The notes under the pieces were generated by a model. The model saw only the letters and a program-made list of their open reading frames with translations. It had not been told where the DNA came from and searched no databases. Positions 38,985-52,605 of a stretch of 64,000 nt of DNA are shown here, one piece after another. Position numbers and translations under genes: made by a program. Location: the NCBI GenBank assembly GCA_000165425.1, contig CT868418.1, positions 186,001-250,000 on the forward strand, read 5' to 3'. Numbering within the stretch: the first letter of the stretch is position 1; each line of letters opens with the position of its first letter. Source of the stretch: Paramecium tetraurelia. Lineage: Eukaryota.

Positions 38985-41718
38985 TCAGAATCGTTTGCTA
39001 TTTTGAAATGGTGTGATAATGTAAGTAAATTGTTGATATGAAGATATGGATGATTCCGGTTCGATCATATCTTGTTCAATATTATCATAATCTTTTTCTC
39101 TTGGTTTTATTTTCTTTATGAATTTCATCTTCTACAAGCATTCATAATTAATAATGTTTGGAATGTTAGATTTTATTAAGATCTTTTCGTATCTTCCAGA
39201 ACTAGTGTTAATCCAATAATAAATTTAGTCATTCAACTAAAATATTGATTCTGCATAATTAGCAATATCATAAATAAGATTATTGCTCAATCGTTGTCTC
39301 AATTCATTAATGGTTGTTAAATCTTTTGCTAGTAGTTCTTAATGCAGCAAAGGATTCTGACAAACAAGTTGCATTTTTTCAATATGAAATGAAATTTTGG
39401 AGGCCTCATTTTTTGATTGATCTTTAATTAAATTAATTAACTCTTTGATAATTTTGGCTTTAATATGTTTAATTTATACATTTTTAATCTGAAGGAATTC
39501 CTTTAAATTGAAATTCACTTAAATTTAGATTCAGACTATTTCTTAAGTATTATTGCATTTCCACTTTTGAATATTTCATTTTAAACTATATCACTTGTAA
39601 GTAATCTTTATATTTTAATCTTTCGGACAAGGGGAGCATATCACTCAATAAAGCATATTTAAGTTTTTGAAGAGCAATTTCATAGTTATGATTTCTCAAT
39701 AGTTTTTATATTTCAGGCATATGATCTGCAAAGTCTGTTGTATCTAAAGTGGACATATTTTATTTTTCTATCTGCATCCTTGTAATTTCTTTATTGGCCA
39801 ATCTTTAAAATATAGGGGCAGATTCACTTGCGATATCCTTTATCGAGCTTTCACTAGCAATTCTTAAGGAGTTGTCGTCCAGATCGAAATTATCATCATC
39901 ATTTTCAATTAGTTTTTAAGCAATGTTCAGATGTTTCTTATTCATGTTTTTTTCAATTTAATTTTTCATTTGATATACATTTTTTTCTGTCTATGACACT
40001 GAAACGGTTTCATGCAATACATTTCTAATGATCTATCTTTTTTCTAATTTCCTCATGTTCTTTAACATAGTTAGACTTTGTATTGCCAAATGTCTTGGTA
40101 ATCTATTGCATCTACTTACTTAAAATAGGTCTATGTTAATCTTTTATAGATATTCTAAATACCTGACTGAGCAATTCTAAAATATCAATATTACCAACAC
40201 TAGCAGCGACATGACCCAAAGACCATTCGCTTATACCAGATTTTTTCTCGAAATCAAATAATTACTGATGTGATCTTAAATGATATAATCTCTTATTGTA
40301 TTCAATTGCATATTAAATCGCACTAATTTAACCTTTCCTGACAGCCAAATCCAAAGGAGTCCAACCTTCATTGTTTTCACTATTTGGATCAGCATCTAAT
40401 ATTAAGAGGATATTGGCCATTTCTTTGGCATCTGGACTCTTTGAATAATTCATAAACAATTGGTGTAGAGGTGTATTGCCATCAATGTTTCTAAAATTAA
40501 TTAAATTCAAATCAGTATGTTATGTTATCGAATTGTCTTCCTCATTAAGATTTAAGATCATTTTGAAAAAGGCTAAATCTACTCTTTAACAAATAGCATG
40601 AATTGTTTAAGGAGCAAATTTTCCACCCAGACTTCTTAATACTTTGACTGATCTTTATTAAAGTGTATTATTACCTCGTTTTACCTTCAATGTAACAAGC
40701 ACTCAAAGGAGTATTTTGATCAAAATCTAAGCTATTAATATGCTCTGGTATAATTTAAGTTAAACTATGAAGAATACCAATCTCATTAGATGATCCTGCC
40801 TAAAAAAATAGATTTCTGTATCTAAAATATAGTATTTATTATACTTGTAATCGGTTTGAGAGAAGTTAGGCTCGGAAAGACTCAACAATTTAACAAAGCT
40901 TTCGAAATTAAGGCTTGTAGTTTATAAAATAGATATCAACTTATCCTTTATATGCTGGTACTTCTCAAAATTAATCTTCATCGGCAATGCTGGTTTGCAA
41001 TACTTAAACCAATCGAATTCAAAATATTGCATCCCATAAAGTACTTTATGAAATCCCTTGGGTATTAAGGTAAAACAATTCATCTAGATGCATAAATGTT
41101 CCAAGTTAGGAAAATACAGTTACTCTATATAATTATTTGATAAATTTAGATATTTAAGTTCTGGAGGATTGACATTGAAGACCTTGATTAAATTGTCTTG
41201 CATGTCTAAATATTCTAAGAATTTTAAGGTTTGCAAGAATATTGGCAAGACATTAATTTAATTGCTGCTCAAAATCAACTTTTGCAAATTAGTCATGCGC
41301 CTATAAATATTAAGAAATTAATAAAAATTACATTATTTAAGGAGGAACAGTTGTTAATTGGTTTTAGGATAAGTTCAATAACTTTATGTTGACCAAATTT
41401 TATTGCAATTTAGGGATTTATCTGAGTTGTTAACAGGGCAATTCTAATTTCTCTTCAGTGTAGAGTGAATCCTAAATCTATAATATTTTTAGTAAGTACT
41501 GTTTCATATGGTTATTTTTATTTGTGCTGATTATTTTTACCATTAACATTTAAGTTAGTTTCTCCATTTTAATCCTTTGCTTCTTAAAAACTAAAAAATG
41601 GTTTTTCTTTTAATTGATGAATACTAAGATTTCCATCATGTTCATCTTGAATGACATAGGAATCAAAAGAGGAATAACTTAGTACTGATGGTTTCTGTTC
41701 ACATTATCTACGATCCAT
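38985..41718 (-). CDS. Leucine-rich-repeat plus ankyrin-repeat protein
   Basis: LRRs (LQKLILSSNQINVLP, LEYLDMQDNLI, LKYLNLSNN) and ankyrin motifs (DGNTPLHQLF, EGWTPLDLAVRKG, WSLGHVAASVG). ATG 41718, TGA 38985-38987. Confidence 0.85.
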
Positions 41719-41757
41719 TATATTAATTATTCACTAAAAAAATTAAATATCAAAATA

Positions 41758-42516
41758 TCAATCACTATTATCGTTAAATTCCTTATCACTAACATAAGCC
41801 TAGTTATTCATAATTTGGAATTCATTAAAATTTTCTTAATTGTTTTCTTAATCGGACTGTTAATTTTAAACTTCTACATTTTATTCAACATATTGAAAAT
41901 TTTAGACTTAAATCTATTAAATTTCTTTTTATTTCTCTTTATCCTTTTTGATCTTTAAGTTCTATTTTTTATCTTGGATTGGACGATTTGAAATGAAATT
42001 TAGTGGGTCCCTAGCTCCTGCCAAATATTGCTCTATAAATTTAACATATTATTCTGGATCTTCAACCCTATTAGAATTAATTAAATCCAATAGCAAAACA
42101 TTCTCAACATAAAATTGAAACCATTAATTTGTTTGATGACAATGAAAGATATCTCTAAAATCTTGAATAGTGTATTAAGCTGATTTGGAAGTCTACTTTT
42201 TATTAATAAAATTGATCAATTCTTTCTGCATAGGATTCATTAAAAAATACTCTTTGTTCTCTTTTTTTTAATCTTCCATAAACTTTCTAAAGTTATTTCC
42301 AAATGTCTTTGGAATGTTCTTAGTGTTAAACTCTTAATTCATCAAAGTCTAATATCTGTCTACTTAAACTTAAGTGTTTAATTTTGGATTTTGAGTTCGA
42401 AAGTGATTTTATTATGAATATTCCTCTTTTATATACTCACAACTTTCCTCATAATCCAGACCATCCTTATTTTATTCAATATTTTATTCATCCAATTCAA
42501 TATTGAAATTAAACAT
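41758..42516 (-). CDS. Hypothetical protein (252 aa), likely a member of an expanded ciliate-specific family
   Basis: ATG-to-TGA in one frame with no intron required. Contains NTKNIPKTFGNNF and LINSNRVEDP..YV motifs. Confidence 0.7.
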
Positions 42517-43032
42517 TTAAAAATTAAAAAATAAAAGAAATAAATTACACTTTGAAATCGCACTTAAATTAATTAAAGGAATCCAATAAGAATTTTTATT
42601 CATTAGTTCAAGTATTTTAAGGAATATGTAAAATGGTTATAAATGTTTTGCAAATAATTATAAAAGAATTGATATTGATTCAAAATTGGGCTATAGAACT
42701 TTTGGACAACACTCTTTCAATAATTTAACTTAGTGAAGTTTGTTTAGTTGACATAGTCAGATTAGTACATTGATTTATCAAGCAAATTTAATGTTTTCAA
42801 CATAAATTTTAAATAACTCAAAATAGAACATTAATAGATTAACAAGAGAAGAAGATAGACTAATTCTTCTCCTTTATAAGAATCTAAATTTACGAGTAGA
42901 TTGATTTTAAAATCAAAATATAAATGAAAAATCATTAAATTCGCTTAAAAAGGCTGTGAAAGAGAAATCAGAAAGGTAGTTGAGGACCAATTTAAAAAAA
43001 TGAATTCGGCTATATAAATATATATCAAAATA

Positions 43033-44117
43033 TCATTATCTAAGTATATTGAGCATCATCTAATATGTTTTTGCACTAATGGGCTTTGATTAATAATTTG
43101 GAGGAGCATTTTTTGGAAGAATGGTTTTGCAAAACTTTCTAAATTTCATTTCTGGAGTAGCCTTAGGTTGCTAATAAAATAAATCAATTAGATTAAAGTC
43201 GCTTTATTAAATCAATTATTATTTTTAAATTTCTAGATCAGGTTACGAAAGATCTGCTTTCACAGGAGTTTTGTAAATGAATTATTTTGATCTCACATTA
43301 GTAAATGAATTCTATGGTTTTGGGGAGTTATCAATTCTTCTATATTTCTTAGGAGTGCTATAAAATGCTCTTTCCCTATCTTTTAAAATTTAAGAGGGAT
43401 GAAACGGTTTAATGACATAATTGAATTCCACAATGGATATTTTATTATCTTCATCCCTGTCAGAAGCATGAAAGAATGCACTGATGTCCTACTTATCATA
43501 TTGAATGTAATTGCTTTTAAAATAATTCTCTAAACTATGAGTAATAAATAAAATCTATAAATACTGTTGGGCAGTAAAATATCCAAGTTAGTAATGATCT
43601 ATCATTTAGAATGCTTATTAGACTGATTCTTTACAGAAATCTTTGATAATTTTGAGATGTTTAAAATTAGACAATTCCTAATGGAGTATTTTGAACAAAC
43701 CCCATTCAACTTCATTTGGTAAGGTTTTATTTGCTAATACAAAGTATGAATCTCTAGCAGCCGCTGTTTCTTTAAGAATAAGATCAGTTTTTGGTAGTAT
43801 CTGTTTAGCAAAGCTTTATGATAAGGAAAAATTTACTCTGTATAGGTTACTCTTCCATCTCTATTGAAGTCCAAATATTATAGTAAATAGGATGCTTCTA
43901 AACTTGTTAGACTGCAGTTATTATCAAGCATAAAGTCAATGATATCTTGATAAGAGATTTCTCCACATCTACTTTTGTCCATTCTTTTGAATGCTCTAAC
44001 TTGATAAGACAATTTACCAGCATAAGGTTCAAATTGGGATAATTAGGAAAGTAATTTTCTGACGGTTTCTGTTCTTCTTTCACATTCACAGATTTCAATA
44101 ATAAGTTCTGTTAACAT
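43033..44117 (-). CDS. EF-hand-containing protein with basic low-complexity tail
   Basis: QFEPYA(A)FKRMDKSRCGEIS, LDFNRDGRVTY, SDRDEDNK loops. Introns at ~43994-44017 and ~43814-43836. Confidence 0.82.
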
Positions 44118-44163
44118 TTATTAATAAAATAATATTACTTAATATTAATATTTTATTATTAAA

Positions 44164-45920
44164 TCAACAGTCAGCTGGTCTCTTATAATCTGGAGCTTAA
44201 CTTGGACATCTCTCATTCATATGTTCATATGGATCTATTGTATTGTATCCTTCCAACTCCATTCTATGAGTTCCCATGATTTAACAATAGGGCAAATCGG
44301 GATCATTATCTTTGCATTTTTTAGGAACTACGTAATCTTTATCAAAGAAGTTCATTTAATAAACATCTTTTGGGGTAAATCTGTAAAGATATAATGAATA
44401 ATTACTCTGTTGCTTCAATATGATATTCTCCAAATAAGCCAGCTGCCTTATACAATCCAATAACAAATGAAGAACATACTTAACTTGGTCCATCACTGTA
44501 AATCCATTCATCTTTCTCAACCATAGCATATAATTCGGCCTTAATTTAGAAATAAGAGTATTACAATTTCAATGCCTCTCTTTGCTGCTTCGATTGTGAT
44601 TTCTGGGATTGTCAAACCTTCAGTTCCTAATCTCTTATTTAATGCTTCACCAACCATTTTAGTTGAAATACTAGGAGCAAACTTCTCAATGAATGAAAAT
44701 ATGTAAGTAGCTAATTCAGCACTCAACAAAGTGGGATAATTATCTTTGGGTGTATCAATCCATCCAAATATAAAATTGTGATATCCATATGGTTATCCTT
44801 CCATAAAATTCCAAAATTTAAGAGCCCCTTCTTAATCCCATTGTGCTCTCTTCTCTGGACTTAATGGCAATATGGCAACATTGAATCCTGCATTCTTAGC
44901 ATAAACTTTCCAATCTTCCCATCTGTTCTTTTGAATATTTTTCTTAGGCCAATACCAGGCATCTTATGATTCTACAACCCATTTAACACCATCTATTTCA
45001 AAGATAACAGCACTGTGTCCTGATCTGCTTCCTGTTCCCCATTCGATAATTTAATCTAATCCATCAAATCTAGTAATAGCCAAAAAGTCTCCTTAATGAA
45101 TTTCTGCTTCAGACCATTCAACATCAACATTGGGTCTCTCCTTCCATCTATATCCTGTTGCTCTCTCAATAAATTCTATATTTGATCTAATCATCCAATT
45201 TGGTGGATAACTACCGAATACTGAACCCAAATAAGGATTTGCTGAAAATCCTCCAAAAAATAATTCAATTGTAGTTAACAAATCTCCGATCCAATAATCA
45301 AAATGATCACATGTTCTGAAGATGTAAGCTCCCGCCAATTTAAAAGCCTCCTTTTGCTTTTCATTTCTAAAATGGAAGTACACCTTATGGTCTTATGCTA
45401 TATAAAATTTTTTATAATATATTACCTTTCTTAATTTTGACAATATTGTAATTCAAAGTTGTTCCAATCATATAAAATTCTGAGCATTATTTTCCGTTTT
45501 TGTATTCTCCTGGATGAAAGGTCACTTAAACTTGGTTTTAAGCATTATTATATTCGTAACTAACTTTCATTTAATCGTAGCAGTCATCATCATAATCTTT
45601 AAGTATTATATTCTGTAGCTTATCGTTTAGCCTTCCAACTTTTTGGAATGACATACCGAAAAATTCATGGCCCTCACTCTTTTTACAAGTCAAAAGTTGT
45701 GTTTGGTCTTGATTAATCAAAGCTTACTTAAACTCAACAAGTTGTTCATCATTTATTCATATTTTTCCTTAGGGTCCTCATCCTCATAATAATGAATATT
45801 GTATATTGTTTCATTATGTCCTTCCTCCAAAACTTATGTGCCTTGCAATCTATCAATCACTGTTCTTTATTGGCACAAGCTTACACCAAGAATCAAACCA
45901 ATAATAAAGATTTTATTCAT
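44164..45920 (-). CDS. Secreted permuted papain-like (NlpC/P60, YiiX/YaeF-type) protein
   Basis: Signal peptide MNKIFIIGLILGVSLC. Motifs GDFLAI, RSGHSAV, VVES, PYGYHNF, VCSSFVIGLYKAAG, FTPKDVY, with His preceding Cys as in the permuted order. Confidence 0.75.
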
Positions 45921-46011
45921 ATTAATATTACGTCATTGACTTCACTGTTAATCTCTACGGGTTTAATTATTCCCCATAACTCAACAATAATTATATATTA
46001 TAAAATAAATT

Positions 46012-49000
46012 ATGGCTTAATAAGACATTTAAAGAAAAGCCAAAGCATACCTAGATAAACATTAAATTGAGGAAATATTGGGAGATCTAGTAACCACTCT
46101 ATCCTATCATCAAATGAAAAATCCGATTATATATATTGTACTACATTAAAATAATTATATCATAGATTAAATATTTGTGCACCGTTCACTGTACACCCAA
46201 AGAATTACAAGAGGCAGGAATACAAATTGACAACAGAGAAAAAGTAGAATAACCAATCCTATGCTTGCCTTTTCCGAATTTGTCCCAACATCAAGGCTCA
46301 ATCAAAAAATTGACAAAAGAGTAATTTTATGCTTGCAAAAATAAAATCACTGATCAAGGAAATAATTTTAGATCGATCTGCAAACTTATTCAAGATAATC
46401 CCAAATCTAAACCTGGCCTTTTTGCTGTTGATCCGAGTTCTTATCTGATCTATAGCGATCTATTTGATCCCATCGTTAAAGAAAAAGGGTACTTAGGTAC
46501 TCCAATTAAAGATATGTCTTACACACTTACATCCTCTATTCTAGAAGATGTTAAACCATTTTTAGAAGAATCTATTTTTGTTCTCAGAAGAAATGTCCCA
46601 AAATAGAGATTTGGTTCCACCCTATAAAACAGACAGGCTTTGACCAAAGAGTTATTTTAAGTTCTATCAAAATAATCAATTATTAACTACTCCTTACATA
46701 ATGATTTATCAGCTATGGCACAAGAAGATGTTAGAAAATTGTAAATCAACGATAAATTGTTTAAGAAAAAAGATCCAAATCAAGCAATCATTAATCAAAT
46801 ATTTAAAGGATTGCGTCATCCAGATTGGCCCGTTGATAGAATGGTACTTTAATCAAGTGATAAATAAAATATTGTTTGGATCAACAGAGAAGATCATCTT
46901 AAATTCAAATTTCTCAATTTAGAAAAAACATCTATTATTGATGCTTTGGATAATTGTTGCAAAATGAATTAATACTTAGATTCTAAAGAATTAGTCAGTT
47001 TTGATGATAAATTTGGATATCACACTGTCAAACCATAATTTAGTGGTCTAGGTCTCACATTTACTTTAAAATTCAAGTTAGATCAACAATCAATTAATAA
47101 AATTAAGTCAAATAATAACAATTTAAGTTCTAAAATATAAAATAAAGTGTTTAATGTTTAAACAAAAGAGAAAGATAAGTACTTTACAATTAAATCAGAA
47201 AGATGCACAGGATTAACAATGAAACAATATGTGGAATAACTATGTTAAATTCTCTCAATACTATTTGAAGGAGTAATCAAGAAGCCAGAAACCTATACAA
47301 TTGAGAAATATTTTAAGAATGAATAACAAATATAATAGTAGTAATAGTAATAATAATAGCAATAATAATAATAATTATTATAATAATAATAGTAATAACA
47401 ACACTAATAACAATAATAACAATAATAGTAATAATAATCACCCCCCCCCCCCTCATCATCATCATAATAATAATAATAATAAACTTAATCAATTTCAAAG
47501 CTATTAGATGAAAATAATACTATGTCTCCATCTAAAGCAGCTTAATCACCCTCGCATGTTGCAATTGATATTATTTAAAATCAACCTGAAGAATAGGAAT
47601 ATGCAACTTTGCACAAAAAAAGATTAGAAACCTTTTTGAAAAAGCTAAAAGAAACCAATAAACCTAGGCTCAACAAAATATGTGAATTGAAAGAACTAGT
47701 AGGTTTGCTCAAAGATGATACTTTATATTTCTAAAATTAGAATAAGAAATTTATTATTGTTAGAAGAAATCTAAAAATTAGAAGAAAAAATGTCGAAGAG
47801 ATTATTGGATTAAAGAATTAATAAGTATCAGACTAAATTTTGAAGGAGTGCAATTTAAATGGTAATTGTGAAAAGGGAATATTTCAGTATAAGTATAAGG
47901 GTTATGAATATTATGTGGCAATTGAACTTGATGATGATTTGACATTTATTTTCCCAATTATTAAGATTTCTATCTCCTAATAACTGCATAAAATACAAAG
48001 AATAGTCGATTAATTCTTGCCTAAAGATTTATCATATGCTTGGGATAATTAATATGGATATTTAACTAATAACAATATTTATTTAGGTAGCGGAATTAGC
48101 ATAACTTGTGATTTTCCATAATTTATTCAACATGAAATTCCAGGAATCCTTAAAGAATTGATTTTAGATGATTCTATATAAAACTCGAATAATTAATTCT
48201 TAACTCTTACTTCTTTAGATGAATACAATCTTTAAATTTACAGAAATGCTGTAAATGAGATACTGCTCTAGTAAAAGTTGTCAGAGAAGAAAATAAGAAA
48301 AGCTTTAGATAATTAAATATGTGAAAGTGATTGTTATTAAAATGATCAACTTTGGGCACCGTCGAAGAAATGTTTCGAAGACTTCGAAGAATTATATACA
48401 CAGTATATTTGGAATATAGGTAAAAATTGGTTTATAACAAAGCAATAGCATATTTTAATGGAAAACAAGTTACTCCTTTCAAAAATTATGATCAAATCAA
48501 ATCCGATTCCTATAAGCTTAACATCCCTTAAAATCCTGGCGTTGTAAATATCAAATGTACATTTTACAGAAATTTTGAATCACTAAAATACCAACATGAA
48601 ATGTCGGTTTAAGAAAAAATAAAAATGAAGGTAAGAGTATATCCTATTAATTTAAAGGCTAAATACAATGATTTCATAAAGAATAATGAGTGGAAATTTG
48701 GAAAAGCTCATCATTTGGAAATTAGTTTTGATAGCAAACCGGAAGAGTTCATCTAGAACTTCTGCCAATTTTGGAATCAATTAATTGAATAAGGCAAAGA
48801 ATTTTAGAAAAATTGCAACATGGGATTCTATGGACCAAATTTAAATCAAAGTTTATTAGAAGGATTCCAATTAGAAATAAAAACAAATAAACCAATAAAT
48901 CCAGATTTGATTAAGAGTTATAATTATAAACCTTGCTATCATAAAAATGGAATTATGAACTAAGAAGATGCAATTACAGCAATTATGAGTAATAGACCTT

Positions 49001-49044
49001 GCGTTCTAGAATTCGAATTAAATTTGATTTAAGAATTATTGTGA
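46012..49044 (+). CDS. Degenerate multi-domain ATP:guanido phosphotransferase (arginine/creatine kinase-like) with N-terminal Dpy-30/RIIa-like docking segment
   Basis: N-terminal YLDKHQIEEILGDLV...PIIYI.IKYL, then GLFAVDPSSYLIYSDLFDPIV, RRNV, DWP, VWINREDHLK, FDDKFGYHTVKP. A second copy has AWDNQYGYLT...LGSG. TGA 49042-49044. Confidence 0.8.
47322..47482 (+). repeat. TAA/TAG/CAA polyQ linker with PPPP-SSSS inside the phosphagen-kinase-like gene
   Basis: In-frame Gln codons. The C12 run keeps the frame (PPPP). Confidence 0.9.
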
Positions 49045-49089
49045 ATATTATTTCAAACATTTAAAACAAAACAATAATTTATATTTCTT

Positions 49090-50301
49090 TCATTCTTGAA
49101 ATTACTGAAGTGCTTCATGTTCAATTTCTGGGATATTCAATTAAAGCTGAGATTTGTTTATTTGTAATTATTTTAGTTATTTTGATAAATTCTTTAATTC
49201 ATCTTCCTTAAGGTTTTAAGCCCACACAATATAATCTTAAACATAAATTAAGTTTAAATAATTTCTAGGTTTAGCTTTGGAAAAAAGCCCTTCTACTGCA
49301 ACTAATATTTTGATTATATTTATTTTATTTTCAAGAATCTCAACTAGGAGGTTCTTAGTCTTAACACAAATTTCAAAACTTCGAATCATTGGAAATGTTA
49401 AAGCCCTTTAATAATTATTAATCAAAATATTTTCTAAATTATTATCTATATAAAATGCCTAAAATTAAGAACTTAGTTAATTTATGGTTATGGCAGATTC
49501 CTAATTTAAATCACCTTAAAACAAATTATTCTCATATAAATATGCAAATAAGATATCGATAATTCCAAATAAGCATATTTCTTTATTTTCGATTAAGTAC
49601 TCTCGTTTCCCTAGTTTACTAATTTTATTAATTTCGTCAATAGTAAATTATTTTTGGAATTAGAATTCATAGACTAATACTTCATCTACTTATTCATTTT
49701 CAAATAAATCAAATAAATAGGCATCTTTGTCAAATTATTATTAGACATATTAAAGGGCCATCGATTTTCTATCTTACATAGCAATCTATTTAGGATCTAG
49801 AATGGCAATTTCATATAATTCTTCCTCTAAATCATCAAATACATCTTTATATTGATTATTAAATCCATAACAAAAAGGGTTCACATATCCTTGTAATTGA
49901 TCTTCAGGATTCTAATCAATATTTTAGCCTTCCTCTTTATCATTTGTACTTTCTATGACCTAAATTAGTTTGCCTTAAAATTATTTATTTTTTTTTGATT
50001 TCTTATTCAAAAGCAGTCCAATCATATCAAGTTCAGTAAAATGTTCTCCAGCATTCAATTTTTCTAGATAAACCTTTAGATAATATGTTTCTGGGTCATA
50101 AATTGCTTTTGCTGGTTATTCAGCATCTTTAAGAAATTCATTAAATGTTAATTAGAGTAAGTATGGTTTCAGATAAAAACTAAATTACTTCCCAATCATA
50201 CTGAATTCTGATTTAGTTGGCTTAACATAAGGTAGCCTGAGTTTAATTATGATGTGCTTTTCGTCTTGTTCAATAAAAAATTCAGGAGTAATGAGAGGCA
50301 T
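49090..50301 (-). CDS. SHQ1: H/ACA RNP assembly factor SHQ1
   Basis: N-terminal CS domain MPLITPEFFIEQDEKHIIIKLRLPY...FYLKPYLLQLTF, then GEHFTELDMIGLLL, YGFNNQYKDVF, IRALTFPMIRSF. 403 aa, apparently intronless. Confidence 0.88.
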
Positions 50302-50998
50302 TAATTAATTTTTTTAATTATAGTTGATATAATTATAAATTAACTAATATATAAATGATGAAATACTATTTCTGTGCAATTTTTAATATTTCACGCATAA
50401 TTTTCCATCCATCCATTTCCCTGATCTTTCCTTAGTTTATTAGTTTATAGTTTTGTGTTTCTCTAAGATTTTTATAATTAGATAAATTAGCTCGAGAGTA
50501 TTCTTGATTATCCTGATTTTGAGTTTTTAATACTTCTAAGGACATAGTCTAAACATTAGAATATTAATATTTTACTATCCTCAATAAATTAAGAGTTAAA
50601 AAAATAATTAGTAAATTTTAAAATTCTAAGTGCAAAAAATTTATAAAGTTTAGAAATATAAAGAATCTTGATGATGACAACAAAAAGTATGCTCTAGTCT
50701 AAAAAAAAAGAACGTCGACCTAATTTTGTATTAAGTAATTCCAATAAGCATTTGAGAGTAATATATTGATACGTAAGGATGTAAATTTACAATAAATCAG
50801 TGATATTTAAAAAATAATCAATCACTAATACTGAAATCAATAAAGATAATAATTAACTATAGTAATTTTTTTTCAATTTTTAGAGAGTCTAAATTTAGAA
50901 GTCAAAAGTTTACAACTTGATGATATAAATGTAAACATCATCAAAATTTGATTGTTTATAATACCAAGATTTAATATTAGAAATATATATAAAAACGG

Positions 50999-52425
50999 AT
51001 GATTGATCGACTGATTATATGTTTGGCAATAATATTAATTTTTGGAAATAATTATGCATTTGACATTCCTCAGGCGTTAGAGATTCCAATAGAAAAAGAG
51101 TTTCAACTAACCTAAAAATAATTCAATTTATTATAAAGCATATTTTTATAACCTAACATAGGATTATTTATTGGAGGAGGTATCATGTTAGATAGGAGGG
51201 GAGGGAGATGGGGAGTATGAATTCTAAAATAAATTGGTATTTACATTTTCATTAATGCTTGGACTTTCATAATTATTTATAGCATTTGGTGGATGCTATT
51301 ATAAATTTTACATGATGTAAGTAGGGAGGGCAATATTTGGAATAGCAAATGATTAATTACACATAGAAGTGTTTAAAGTGATAGCTAGAAGGACTCTGTA
51401 TTATTTAGGAACAGCAGTGGGGTTGATTTTAACAGTTCCAGAATTGGCAGAAGCTTTTGAATTCATTTTTATCAACATACCTATTTGAAGAAACTCATTA
51501 TTAGGAGTTGCCTTTGCTTTTTGGATTATCATTATGCATTTTGGTATCTAGAATAACTTATCTAATAGTCATTTTTATCTGAATTGCAAATGATATATTT
51601 TAGACACTAAAATATGATGTATGCTTAACAGAAGAACCAGACGAAGAAGTTTCATTATCTAAATGTAATTGAGCGAACTAAGTTAGTTAAGCTTAGTAAA
51701 TTATTTGTAAAGATGAGTCTGATCACTACATTGATATTTGCAGCCTATGTTCTATTTTTAAATAATGCTATTAAATTTTATCACGAGAGAATCGGATTTA
51801 GTACTAGGCATGCTGGCTGAATAGTCACAGTTGGATATATTGTGGCTGGTAATTGAATCTCTAAATTATTCAAAGATCTCTCATTTTCTATAATTGGAAA
51901 AACAAATGACACTTTTTCTCACAAACGGCAGGTTCTCATTTTCATTTCGACTTTAATGTTCTTTTTATCACATTTACAACTCTATTGTATGCCTCATTAT
52001 ACACATCCCAATTATACATCAGTTTTTTCGCGTAATTTATACTATCTATCTATGGGAAGTTTGATAACTTTTTGATTGTGTTATGCTTGTTATTCAAGTA
52101 TTCTGATGCCTGTATTATAATCAACTGTTCCTGAAATTATGTTAGGTATCTTATTTGTGATATTAAGAGCTACTGCATAGGGAATATTGGGAATTATTGA
52201 AAATATATGAATGGCCACAGTTCCTATGCTATCAGGATTGTTATACTTCTTAAAGGGGGCAAAAGGTAGCAAGAGAAATGTCGATATTATTTATTTAGTA
52301 TTACAGGAATTGGAGTTTGCTTATCAATAGGAGCATTACCAAATTAAGGAAAAAACGTAAAGAAATAAAAAGATGTAATTAAACAGTTGCATAAACAACC
52401 TGAAGAACATAACCATTTAATTTGA
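50999..52425 (+). pseudogene. MFSD1-like major facilitator transporter pseudogene
   Basis: Recognisable GNNYAFDIPQAL, GGIMLDRRG and GRAIFG motifs. Lesions: intron 51215-51236 ends TTG instead of AG, +1 frameshift at ~51455, and in-frame TGA at 51818 and 52208. Confidence 0.8.
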
Positions 52426-52605
52426 ATATACAATAATACATTTATTTCTAATATATTTCTAAAATGGAGCTCTGAATTGCGATCCTTCTTATAATTTTGG
52501 TCCTTTTTGTAAATTTATTATGGCAATAGATTTGAAATAATATAATTTTGTGAAATAGATAGATGATAATTAAAAAAATGATATCTTTTAATACAAATAC
52601 TTAGT

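Noticed and set aside
47301..47507. Poly-Asn (+) and poly-Ile (-) ORFs, and a suspected frameshift at the C run
   Set aside because: These are off-frame or antisense readings of the polyQ linker. The 12 C bases keep the frame.
50355..50950. Possible small + strand gene
   Set aside because: No consistent frame, intron model or motif could be established.
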